From positions 1 to 53,324 of the IMG/VR virus record IMGVR_UViG_3300017758_000012: DNA of 53,324 nucleotides. One strand, given 5' to 3'. The stretch is from a virus. Lineage: Duplodnaviria; Caudoviricetes. Positions 9,013-20,200 of this stretch are shown here, piece after piece. Under the pieces are notes generated by a model. That model was not told the DNA's origin. It ran no database searches and saw only the letters and a list, made by a program, of their open reading frames with translations. The position numbers and the translations under genes are program-made. Position 1 is the stretch's first letter; every line of letters begins with the position of its first letter.

Positions 9013-9798
9013 TTATAAATTTCTCTTAGCTGTAGTTTTAAATTCTGTAAATGTAGGAGAGTGTTTAGGAAATTCTAAATCAAATAATTTTTTAACGGTA
9101 TTAAAAATATCTAAATTTTCTTCTTGTGTTCTTTTTGATTCATGCATTTCCCATCCTTTACCTTTTATTTTTTTACCTGTTTTATCTTCTCCCCTAGATT
9201 TTGATTTTAACCATAATACTCCTACTCTATCTACATTTTTACCATAACATTCTTCATAACATTGAGCGTAGATAGCCCCTTGTAAATCATAAGTTATTTG
9301 TAGATTATTTGAGGTTTTAAAATCTATAATCCACATTTCAGTTTTACCATCAATTTCAATTTCACATACTAAATCACAAGTACCTGCTACTTTTATTTTA
9401 TCTGAAAATAAATGTACTTCTGCTTCAACTAATGTTGGATTATACTTTTCCCAAAAATCAACAAATTTTAAAAACATTTGCCAAACATCGGGATTACACA
9501 TAGGTATTCCATCATTTAAAAAATTTAATTCTTTACCATTAAGATAATCTTCAATCATTTCATGTACTTGAGTACCTTCTTCTGCTGCTTTTTTAACAAT
9601 CCAATCAGCACTAAAACCTACTTTTTTTAACCAATCTTGAAAATGTTTACCTTTTGGATAACAACTTAAAACATAAGTTATAGATGGATAGTATTTACCA
9701 TTTCTTCTATAATATCTAGCATCAGGCAAAGTTATTTGTTTAGAATCTTCACTTATTTCTAAAATTCTATTGTAAGATTTTTTTATATTTTTTTTCAT
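9013..9798 (-). CDS. PD-(D/E)XK phage exonuclease
   Basis: YPSIT, GTQVHEMIE, AGTCDL...IIDFKTS, LQGAIYA. Confidence 0.85.
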   Translation of the reverse strand: MKKNIKKSYNRILEISEDSKQITLPDARYYRRNGKYYPSITYVLSCYPKGKHFQDWLKKVGFSADWIVKKAAEEGTQVHEMIEDYLNGKELNFLNDGIPMCNPDVWQMFLKFVDFWEKYNPTLVEAEVHLFSDKIKVAGTCDLVCEIEIDGKTEMWIIDFKTSNNLQITYDLQGAIYAQCYEECYGKNVDRVGVLWLKSKSRGEDKTGKKIKGKGWEMHESKRTQEENLDIFNTVKKLFDLEFPKHSPTFTEFKTTAKRNL

Positions 9799-10727
9799 AT
9801 TAATTGTAATTTTCTTTCCATTAATTGGTAAGAAGTTAAAGGAAAAGTATTTTGAATCAAATTAGTAAAATGACTAAATCCTATTTCACTGGGGTCTTTC
9901 CCCTTAAGATCAATTAAATAAACTTCTTTTCCTTCATTCATAAATTCTTCTGCAAATTTAATTGTTTGTTTCATAGCATCTGTATCTAATGCTATATATA
10001 TTTTTTCAATAGTAGATGTTACTATTTTTTTCATTAATTCAGATTGTATATTTTTACCCAATAAAGGTATAGCATTACGTTTTATAGCTATAGCATCAAA
10101 CATACCCTCACATATAACTAAAGGTAAAGACCAGTTAATTAAATGTTCATTTGGTATTATATTTCTTGATGCTTCTGGGTTTTTATATTTAGTATATGGG
10201 TCTTTTTCAAATGATCTACCAGTATAATAATTTAGTTGACCATTTTTATCATAAGATGGTATAATTATCATTTTAGCATATCTACCATACTCACAATACC
10301 CTATATTATATTTTTCAATATCCTCAATAGTTATACCTCTATTTTTTAAATAAACCCATGCTTGTTTTCCTATTATATTTTTATTGTTATTTATTATAGG
10401 AATAAATTCTTTTGGTAATTTTAAATCATATTTAATTATTTCGACATCTTTAACTTGATAACCTGTTTTTACTAATGATTTTAACTCAGAGAAATGTTCT
10501 GGTAGTGCCTTTACTTTTTTAAATAAAGTATTTAAATATTTTCCTTTTTCATTACAAACCCAACAATGCCAAGGGTGGTGTCCTTTTTTATTATCAGTAA
10601 AATTAATTTCTAATTTTGGTTTAGAATGGTTACATAAAGGACAATTAAAAGCTCTATTACCTCGAGCAGTCATTTTTCCACTACCTAATACTTTACTTAC
10701 TAAATTTACTAGTAGTTCATTTATCAT
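9795..10727 (-). CDS. DNA primase (Zn finger + TOPRIM)
   Basis: CPLC...HCWVC zinc finger; ICEGMFDA and IALDTDA TOPRIM motifs. Confidence 0.9.
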   Translation of the reverse strand: MINELLVNLVSKVLGSGKMTARGNRAFNCPLCNHSKPKLEINFTDNKKGHHPWHCWVCNEKGKYLNTLFKKVKALPEHFSELKSLVKTGYQVKDVEIIKYDLKLPKEFIPIINNNKNIIGKQAWVYLKNRGITIEDIEKYNIGYCEYGRYAKMIIIPSYDKNGQLNYYTGRSFEKDPYTKYKNPEASRNIIPNEHLINWSLPLVICEGMFDAIAIKRNAIPLLGKNIQSELMKKIVTSTIEKIYIALDTDAMKQTIKFAEEFMNEGKEVYLIDLKGKDPSEIGFSHFTNLIQNTFPLTSYQLMERKLQLI

Positions 10728-10745
10728 GTAGGAAATATACGAATA

Positions 10746-11246
10746 TTACTTTATATCTCCAAAGTCACGTGAAAAAAATTTACCTAATATATTATCATTA
10801 ATATGAGCACTATGTTTATTTTCTAATACTTCATTTTTAAATAAATGTTTAGTTTCATAATATGTTAATAGTTTTTTAGAAGGAACAAATTCTAATATAC
10901 GTTTTTCCCAATTTTCACCTGCATTATCCTGCTGTGATAATGCGACTATTTCTTTTTGAGATCCAAAATAATCTTTCCAATCTGATTCTGTTATAGTTTT
11001 TTGCTTTAAAGGGGTGCGTCCTTTAAGACCTTGTTTAGATCTTTCTTCTTTTAAAGCTTGTAAAGCCTTTTTACCTAATTTTTTATTTCTCTCAAAATAT
11101 AAAACCTTTTTACCTATATATCTTGTATCTGTAGGTTTATGTTTAACTTCATATATAAATCCATAAGTTCCTTTAGGCATATCTTTTATTGATGTTATAA
11201 CCCTTCCCTGGTATATCCAGGTAGCGGTTGTTGGCATATTTGTCAT
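10746..11246 (-). CDS. GIY-YIG-like nuclease-fold protein
   Basis: GFIYEV...RYIGKK, WKDYFGS, conserved E and terminal NxNI. Confidence 0.7.
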   Translation of the reverse strand: MTNMPTTATWIYQGRVITSIKDMPKGTYGFIYEVKHKPTDTRYIGKKVLYFERNKKLGKKALQALKEERSKQGLKGRTPLKQKTITESDWKDYFGSQKEIVALSQQDNAGENWEKRILEFVPSKKLLTYYETKHLFKNEVLENKHSAHINDNILGKFFSRDFGDIK

Positions 11247-11264
11247 TTAAAGTTATTAATAAGG

Positions 11265-12452
11265 TTAAATTGAGTCAAATGCTACTTGAATCTCTAAGTC
11301 AGAATTCATTGGTACTTTAGTTGGAACTGATAGTTTTCCAATAGCTAATAAATTTTGTTCATTATCATATAACCCTACTGTTGTTATATAAGGACTAAAA
11401 TATGATCCTGTTGCAAAGTCTTTATAAACATTATTAGTTCCTAAAGGAGCATTTACTTGGCTACCTGATAATAATGATGGGTTTAATGAATAACCAAATT
11501 CATTTTCTCTTACAGTACATTTATATTGATGTTCATATAAGGTAACTGATGAAGACCACCCAACAGTAAGATAATCTAATTGATTAACTCCTACACTCGC
11601 AAATCCATTTTGACCTGTTAAAACATCAGCTCCTAATTGTGCAGTATTGTATTGATATGTGCCTTGAATTGCTTCTGATGAACTTAATGGTGATAAAATA
11701 GCCATTCCATGTTCATAAATTATATTACCACACTGTTGATCATATACTTTAGTACCAGTTACAGAATTTACATATTTGAATCTAAGATTACCATTTCCAT
11801 CATCCCAAACGGTAGACGTATCAGTAGCACCTGCATTATTCCAAACTAAACTAAAGCTTTGAGGTTCAATATTATTACCCCATAATTTTGAGGGAATTGA
11901 GATTGCTGTTATAAAATTATTATTAAGAGTACTATTTATATTAATATCTTCTCCTAATAATGCTGCTCTAGTTTGAGTAATAGTACTTGATAAATAATTA
12001 TCGTATTGAGGACTTTTTACAGCTCCAATAGGCATATTATTTGATCCTTCAATACCTAAATTAAGATTGTTATTTTCAGCAAATGTATTATTTTGAGGAC
12101 CAGATAAACCATATAATAAACTTGAAGTAGCAACTAAACTACCTGACATACTTTGGAAGTAGTTAGAATAATAGAGTTGCATTGCACTTGAATAAACAGA
12201 ATTTGTATTTAATTTATTTACCAACCCCGTAAAATTTTGTGATCCTGAATCAGAAGATGCTTGACTTGAAACCCATGTTGTTTGTTGAGAAGTTTCAAAT
12301 ATTAATTTATTAGCTGGAGGTTGGGTGCCAAAATAAACTTCAACCCCAACATTAGATGCCGTCATAGCATTTCCTGTAAAGCTAAATCCTTTATTAGCTG
12401 AAAAGGGAGTTATTACAATGTCTTTTGTTGTAAATTGTTTGTACGCTGACAT
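11265..12452 (-). CDS. Virion baseplate/tail structural protein
   Basis: C-terminal YITTVGLYD...LLAIGKLS motif shared with the next gene; S/T/G-rich. Confidence 0.65.
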   Translation of the reverse strand: MSAYKQFTTKDIVITPFSANKGFSFTGNAMTASNVGVEVYFGTQPPANKLIFETSQQTTWVSSQASSDSGSQNFTGLVNKLNTNSVYSSAMQLYYSNYFQSMSGSLVATSSLLYGLSGPQNNTFAENNNLNLGIEGSNNMPIGAVKSPQYDNYLSSTITQTRAALLGEDININSTLNNNFITAISIPSKLWGNNIEPQSFSLVWNNAGATDTSTVWDDGNGNLRFKYVNSVTGTKVYDQQCGNIIYEHGMAILSPLSSSEAIQGTYQYNTAQLGADVLTGQNGFASVGVNQLDYLTVGWSSSVTLYEHQYKCTVRENEFGYSLNPSLLSGSQVNAPLGTNNVYKDFATGSYFSPYITTVGLYDNEQNLLAIGKLSVPTKVPMNSDLEIQVAFDSI

Positions 12453-12457
12453 ACATT

Positions 12458-13531
12458 TTAGTAATCTAATTTAACTCTAACAAGTAGTTCTTTTGTAAAA
12501 TCTTTAGCTAATGGTCTGCTTAATTTTGCTACAGCACATAATTCATTTGAATCATTATATAAACCTACTGTTGTAATGAATGTTTGTGGATTATTTTGCA
12601 TTTGAGGCCATAACAATTGTCCTGTTGAACCTGAAACAAATGATGGATTTGAAGAGTAATTAAAATCTGCATTTTGAGCTCTTACAAAATAAAAATCAGA
12701 TGCTAATGTTTCTTGAGAATTTAATCTAAAAGTATTTCCAGCAAATACACTTTGAGATATAGCCCCATACAGTTTAGACATATTTTCATCATTTTGATTT
12801 GAATTTCTTAATGTACCTAAACTAATACCTCCATCAGTTCCAAAAGGTTGATCGCCATCTAATGCTGCTGCATTTAATAATATTAATCCTACATCTGGTA
12901 AAAATAAACCATATGATCCTGAATCTGGTGTATAACCATTAGCATTTAAACCTGTATAAACTGTTCCTTCTGATCCCGAAACTACTTGGTAAACTCTTCC
13001 AGCATTTCCAAAAACATTACCAGTACTTATATTACTATTATCTGTTAGACTTAATGTTACACCTGCACCTGCTCCAGTACCTCCTGATGATCCTGATAAA
13101 GATAAAGCCATTGTACCTAAAGCTAATGATTCTTTATATCTTGCTCTTTCAAATGATAAAGCATAAAAGTATGATGATGAATAATTTCCAAATATAAAAG
13201 GTTCTGTATCATCTCCTAAAGCTATATTTTGATACTGACCAAATATAGTAGATGAAGGTGATTTACCTAAAACTAAAGTATTATAAAGTAAACTACCACT
13301 ACCTACTTCATCACCATAAGCTATATCAAATTGAACTGCTGCTGTAGTTTCTGTAGATGATGTTTGATAGACATGAATATAATATTGTCCTGAATTAGAT
13401 GAGTTTTGGACTGATGAGGTATAAACCTCAGTTAATCGAGGTTCATTTCCACTCCATAAAGTTCCTGTTGTAGAATCTATACTATTAATTATGTCACCTG
13501 CACCAAATGTTGTAAAAGCTCCGTTAGCCAT
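12458..13531 (-). CDS. Virion baseplate/tail structural protein (paralog of 11265..12452)
   Basis: FITTVGLYND...LCAVAKLSRP motif. Confidence 0.65.
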   Translation of the reverse strand: MANGAFTTFGAGDIINSIDSTTGTLWSGNEPRLTEVYTSSVQNSSNSGQYYIHVYQTSSTETTAAVQFDIAYGDEVGSGSLLYNTLVLGKSPSSTIFGQYQNIALGDDTEPFIFGNYSSSYFYALSFERARYKESLALGTMALSLSGSSGGTGAGAGVTLSLTDNSNISTGNVFGNAGRVYQVVSGSEGTVYTGLNANGYTPDSGSYGLFLPDVGLILLNAAALDGDQPFGTDGGISLGTLRNSNQNDENMSKLYGAISQSVFAGNTFRLNSQETLASDFYFVRAQNADFNYSSNPSFVSGSTGQLLWPQMQNNPQTFITTVGLYNDSNELCAVAKLSRPLAKDFTKELLVRVKLDY

Positions 13532-13551
13532 GTTTTTTTTGTTTTAAATTT

Positions 13552-14202
13552 TTATTGCATTCCTGCTGATTTTCTTAACTCAAATGGAACCTGTAATCTT
13601 GCTCCTGTATTTCTACCTACAACTGTTAAAGTTGCATATAATGTATCTAAAGAACCAAATATATTAATTGAGGTAGCAGTAAGTGTAAAGTTAGTTCCTG
13701 TTACTGTTTTAGAAACATTAGTACCTAAAGTTGTTTGTTGGTTTAATGCTTCATTTGAATTAGCTCCTCCACCTGTAATATTAGCATAAGTAATATTTGA
13801 CATAGTTACAGTATAACCATCTGCTTCTGACTCTACACCTGAAAATGTTTGGGTTTGTGGTGTAAATGATGGTGCTAAAGTTTCTCCTGTTACTAATTGA
13901 ATAACTGATGGTGCTATAATAGTAGGCATAACTGCAGTTGAACGAGGTAAAGTAACTAATTTATACTTCATTGTTTGTAATTCATTAGGAAATGCCTCTA
14001 ATACAGGCATATTTTCAATTGCCTCCCCATAATAAGCTGATCCTGATGGGTGGTTTGGATTATATAAAGAATAATCTACTTCATCATCTGCTAATGAAAA
14101 TTGTGTTATATTAAAAGCATTACCACCTTGAGCTAATAATTCTCTTCCTTTTTTTGTTAAAATAGCATCTACTGTTACTACTTGATTATTTAAATATCCC
14201 AT
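13552..14202 (-). CDS. Virion structural protein (tail-collar/baseplate-like)
   Basis: AILTKKGRELLA...ITQF N-terminus and position in the structural module. Confidence 0.6.
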   Translation of the reverse strand: MGYLNNQVVTVDAILTKKGRELLAQGGNAFNITQFSLADDEVDYSLYNPNHPSGSAYYGEAIENMPVLEAFPNELQTMKYKLVTLPRSTAVMPTIIAPSVIQLVTGETLAPSFTPQTQTFSGVESEADGYTVTMSNITYANITGGGANSNEALNQQTTLGTNVSKTVTGTNFTLTATSINIFGSLDTLYATLTVVGRNTGARLQVPFELRKSAGMQ

Positions 14203-14259
14203 TTTTTATTAGTATTTTATTATAAATATATGTATTTTTTGTTTCTAATCCAAATTATA

Positions 14260-17200
14260 TTAAGCATTCGAACCTCCTAAATTGTCAGGACTGTCTTGTG
14301 TAAATACATTTTCAGATTTTAATTTATTAATTATTTTTTGAACATTTCTTTGTTGCACTTCAGTTAGATCATTTGGTATTAAATAACCATCACCAGATAA
14401 CGTTAAAGCACCTGCTGATCCTGATGGTTGGTTTGCATTTAATATAACTCTATCATCTGCTTCTACTCTTTTCCTTAAAGTCATAGCATATATTTTTCCT
14501 TCTGGTATTTTATTTTCCAAATCATTTGGGTTAGGAGTTACTACTAGTCTATCAAATAAAAATCCAGGATCTAGAGGGGCGAATGCTGTTTTAGAGGTTT
14601 GGTCCTGGTTTGAAATTAACATAGGTGATAGTGAACATGAATTATATAGTACAGATCCAGTGAAATTAGATGATAGTTCATTAGTCTCTATACTAGAACT
14701 TAAATTTAATATGTAATTAGTAGACATGTTCCAACAAACATCAGCGGGGTTTACATTAGTTACATTAGTTCTATTAAACAATGATGCTGTTATTCCAATT
14801 ATTCCAGTTCCATCTACAACAGAATGAGTATTAAGTGCTGTAAGGGAACCACTAGTATACATATAATCTTCATTTTCATCATAAGATTGAAAGTTAAAGG
14901 TTACATTATTATTAAAAGCTGATCTATATCTTTTCCATAATTCTGTAAAGCTAAAATAACCATCTGATGGAAGAGGTCCTTGTGATGTAACTCTTGTAGG
15001 TGTTATACCAGTATTATATGATTCAACTATAGTAGATTGTATCTCAAACTTAACAGTAGCACTAGCTTTAAAATTTGAATTTGTAGTCCATATATTAGGA
15101 GGCATCATATTATATCCTAAAACTGTAAAATCCTGATCTTGTTTTCCTAAAATACTAGGATTAGCGGGATCTACAAAATATGAATATGAGACCCTTATTT
15201 CATCTCCTACTTCAATATCCAAAATTTGATTATTTGTTACTCTATATTCAGGTAATAATGACCCCGATATATTCCATCTATAATAATTATTTGGGTTTTC
15301 TTTTTCATTTAAATTTAATAAAGGTAAGGAACCATTTCGAGGTGTGGAAAAAGGACCAAAAGACAATAATATATTTCCACTACTTGCTATTATAGGATTT
15401 ATATACATTCCCCTATTACCAGAAGCTCCCATTCTACTAATAGATACACTACTAGTTGTAGTTGATGAACCTAAAGGATATATATCTCCTAAACGTATTA
15501 ATTTATTCCAGGAATTAAACATCATTAATGAAGGTCCATTTATAGAAAAGGTGTTTATTAATGAGGTATTAGTGTTATCATTGAAAACAGAACTAGGTAA
15601 TTGTCCTGGGTTAGGACCTCTTAAATTTAATATACCTTGTGATTTTCCATTTTCATCTAATAAACTCGATGTATATAATAAAATTGGTTGTGGGGATTCA
15701 CTATAAAATTCTTGTGTAGAAGGAGAATAAATAATACTACCTGATGAGTAAACCTTATTAATATTAGAAGCATTAAGTACAGATGATTGAGATATTGTAT
15801 ATGCAGTATTATTAACTCCAAATCCCATATAAGAAGCACTTAAAAGAAGTGATTGAGACGCAGGAGTAATTTCTATATTTGGATTATTAACTGTTACAAG
15901 ATTACTTAAATTGCTAAAATCTTTAGCAACATCATAATCGTACCAAATTGGTAAATTATAATATTGAATAGGTGATATATTATCTAAATTTACTTGATTA
16001 GAATGGTATGCTATAAAATTAATTCCCCCAGCATTAATTTCTCTAGCTCCTACACCTAAATTTGTATAACTAAGTATAGTACCCCCTACATTATTAAAGG
16101 TTTTATTTGATTGGTTGTAAACAATTGTTGCTTCCCTTCCAGGCATAAAAGTAGAAGACATTGCTACTAAATTTTCATTACTACCATTTATTAAAGATGA
16201 AGTGATAATTGGAGATTGTTCATTTAATATTTCTTCAAAAGGAATTTGAATTAATTGATCAATATTAAAAGTAGTAGTACCAAAATATTCTTTACTTTCT
16301 AAAGAGGATTTAAAGTGAGCAATATTAATTGGATTTCTATCAATTACTGCATTTTTACCGTAGGAAGTGTCTCCCGTCCAACTACCAGTTTCACCATTAA
16401 TGTATTGAACTTTATTTTGAGTTAGTAAAAATGGAGGATTTGCTAATCCTGTAATTCCTGTATCTGTAGATCTTCCAATTGCTAAACTTTCAGAAGGTAT
16501 TCCTGTGTAAAAATTATAATCTGCACTTTCTAATAAACATCCTACATATCTTGGATTTATTATTGCTTTTGTAGTATAATTACTATCAGGTACCTCTGAG
16601 TATTCTAATAAATCTTCATCAGTAGCCGTTCCTTCCCATCCTAGTTGTGAAGCTGAAATAGTTAAGGCATAGTCATTTGGAATTCCTTCTTTTAGTTCAA
16701 AACCAGGTGATACAGGGTCAAAATCCTGATCAAATAAAAATGAGTTTTTTCTACTACCACTTACATTATTAAGAAGTGGATTATATGGGGAAGCTTGAAA
16801 TAATTGACTTGCTGTTGGTAATATTGTAAAAGCATCTCTTTTAAAGAAATGTTTAGGTCCTAAAATCTCAGGTGGAGCAGTTATAAGTATATTTGATAAT
16901 GTTCCATAAGTTCCAATAGCAGCAAAAAACATTGCTGTTGTTTGTCCCACAGCTTGAGTCCATGTTCCCGTAAAAGTTCCATTTGTGGTTGATCTAATAC
17001 TTGATCCTACACCATTAGCTGTTCCTCCAGGTGTAGATAAGGAGCTTAATCCTATGTCATAATTTGATCCTCCCTGACCATCATTACCTATACCGGATAT
17101 AGTATATTGAATGCTATATTGTACTCCAGGTATAAGATCTGTAATTGAATTTTGTAAATAAGTTGTTGTAGTTGAAGGTGTATCTACTCCTCCTTGAAAT

Positions 17201-20200
17201 ATAGTAGGAGCTAAGTATTGGGGAGAAGCTCCTGTTGATCTTGAAGCTAAAATTATTCCCGCACCACCACCAGCATTACTAGCAAAATTATTTTCATATG
17301 TAATATTTGTATTTCCAGCAGCTCCTACATTATCAGCTAAAAGTCGAACATATATATCTGAGCCATTAGTAAGTAATTGTGGAGTAATAGATCCATTATG
17401 ACCCCCTGCTGAGTTTACTGCAGTGAAAAAAGAGGAAGCCATAGTTGAATCGGAAGTTCCGGATATACATTGTACTTGTAATAAACCGTTTGTTACTGAA
17501 GCTGCTGTTACTTGAAAATTAACTTGATCTCCCCCAGAATTTGCCCCAGAAAAATTATCATTTACTGCAGGCCAAGCAGTAAGATTTTGATTACCAGGAT
17601 CTGGGTTTGTTACTGTTGCATTCCCCCAAACTCCACCAGCCCAATTAACAGAAGCTTCTATTGTTTTAGTTCCATTTGTTAATGTAATAGTTTCAGTACC
17701 TGTACCAGATGGGTTAGGACCTATTGCTGTTACAGTAGAATAAGCACTTAAAGCATTTGTTGCTGTTGAAAATTTATACTTACCATTAGCAGGTGATGGT
17801 AGTGATGTTTGCATAGAATCATTATATTGTACAGCTACATAGTATCTTGTAACCCCAAAACCATCATTTATTTTTATAGTTTTATTTGAAGTAGTACCAG
17901 AAAAACCATTATTAACAAATAATAATGAATCACTACTAGCTGCTCCAACTTTAGATCCCGAAGGATAAACTAAACTAGCTGTTGCTCTAATAGGTACTGC
18001 AGTTGCTGGACCATTACTTCCAGGTACTGTAGGAAATCTTGTTGTATTATAAGGACCAGGTAATGCTAAATTTAATGAGGGTGGTGTATATGCTAGATTA
18101 GCATCTGGGTTTTTATTATTTCCATCAGCGAATATTCTATAGGGATTATATTGAGAGGGAATAACTTCAAAATTACTGCCACTAAATTCACCATCATAAA
18201 ATTCTTCTTGAGTATTTACTGTAACTGTGTCCCCAGTAAAAGGATCTAAAACATTATATGATTGAGTAAATGCTGTATAAGATGAAGTTGGTGTATTATA
18301 TTTATTAACACTTCCTCCTGCACTTCCTGTTAAGGAATGCATTCCTATACTTGAAGTAATTAGAAGATTTTGTTGCGACATTATACTATTAAATCCGGTT
18401 TGAGTAGTAGCTCCAAAGCTATTAGAGCCGGTTTCAGGCGTCTTAGCTACAGGAGTTTGTGTATGCATACCAATCACTGCATCGGTTTTATTTCGTTCTA
18501 ATAGATGTTGTTTTACGATAATTCCTGTACTTAAACTAGTACGAGCAGGAACATAATTTTTAATTGCCTTAAATAGTGAGGTTTCATAAAATTTTATTAA
18601 TCTATTATAATCATATTCTTTTTCTATTATAGTAGGTAATCCTGTATATCTAGGATCATTAATAGTAATACCTTGATATTTTTTAAAGTAATCATTTGCT
18701 ATACGAGTTAATTCAGGATATCTATCTGAGCTTTCTGATATAAATCTTGGGTCTGCTATTGCATCAGAAACTACTCCATGCCCAAACGTTGCAATTATAT
18801 CATCATTTATTTCATTTTGAAATGAAAATCCAACTTCTAATGAATTTAAATCTTCTGTATAACTAGCACTTTGTTCAAATTCTTGTTGTATACTTCTAAA
18901 AGGTGATAAAACAGTACTATACTCATTTTTATCAATTACTTGAATTTTATTTTTTATTCTATTCCTAATACCAGCTGATGGCTGGTCCATGTAGTTTATT
19001 TGGGTATTAGGTTCTAAGTATGATGATGTTAATGATGTTGTATATGTACCATCACTTCCTGCGTAAACAATAGTATAACCACTTCCAGTATTATAAATAT
19101 TTGAAATAGGTGCAAGTGGGTAAAGAAATGATGAAGTATATAATGTTCCTTTTTTATTAACTAAAGAAGGATGTAATGATCCTAAAGCACTTCCCCCAAA
19201 TGATGGAAAGTTAATTATATCAGGTGTTCCCCCAAATTTAAAAATAGCTACAGCACCTCCATCCTCAACTGCAGCTAAAGAAACCCCTGCAGAACCCGTA
19301 ACATCAGTATATTCTAATTCATTTCCTAATGGTAGTCTAAAAGATAATAAATCATAAGAACTACCTTCTCCAGTATTTGAATCTTCATGACCCTGAATGG
19401 ATTCAGGATTCATTACATAATCATTAAATTGAGATGATGATAATGCTCTTCTATAATATCTAAATTCTTGAAATGATCCTGAAAATGAATCACCTAAACC
19501 TATACCAGCTGTACTACCAACTACAATTGATGTTGGTCCTATTAATTTATTATAGTCAGCAGTTGCAGACATATATCCTCCTAACATAACACCTCTTGCT
19601 GAAGGAAGAGCTCCATCATTAGCAAATCTATTCCAAGCTTCATTAACCCCATCATTTCCAATAGTTGTAAGTGTTGATACTCCTTGAAATCCTATTTGAT
19701 TACCATCATAACCATCATATATATTATTTGCTACTTTTAATTCAAACTGATTATTTGTAGCATTTTGATTTGATGCTGATATGTGAGTTTTTCTTTGCAA
19801 TTGTACAGACCACCAACCATCATTAAAAAATGGTAATGATATAGGAGTTGATTCTCTATACCCACCAGCTAATGATGAAGATATTCTAAAAGATAAACTT
19901 CCATATTGGCTAGTTGTTGGTAAAACAGATCCTGAATATGATCCTGATTGTGATCCTGAGTAATGTAATGTAATACCAAAATCGCTATATGTTCCACTAG
20001 TTGTAGAATTTTTTACTAATAAAGATTGAGAAAAATTTGATGTTGCTGTTATAGGTTCTGCTGCTTTAAATCTAAACTGAATGCAATCAGGAACAGCTAT
20101 ATCAGGAACAGCTGCTGTTTCATAATAATTACCTGTTAAAGGTGCCCATGGGATTCTTATTGATCCACTAGGTGATAATGCTCCTTTTTTATAGTCATAA

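Noticed and set aside
9013-9798. Cas4 or CRISPR-associated nuclease
   Set aside because: No array or other cas genes; typical phage exonuclease beside a primase.
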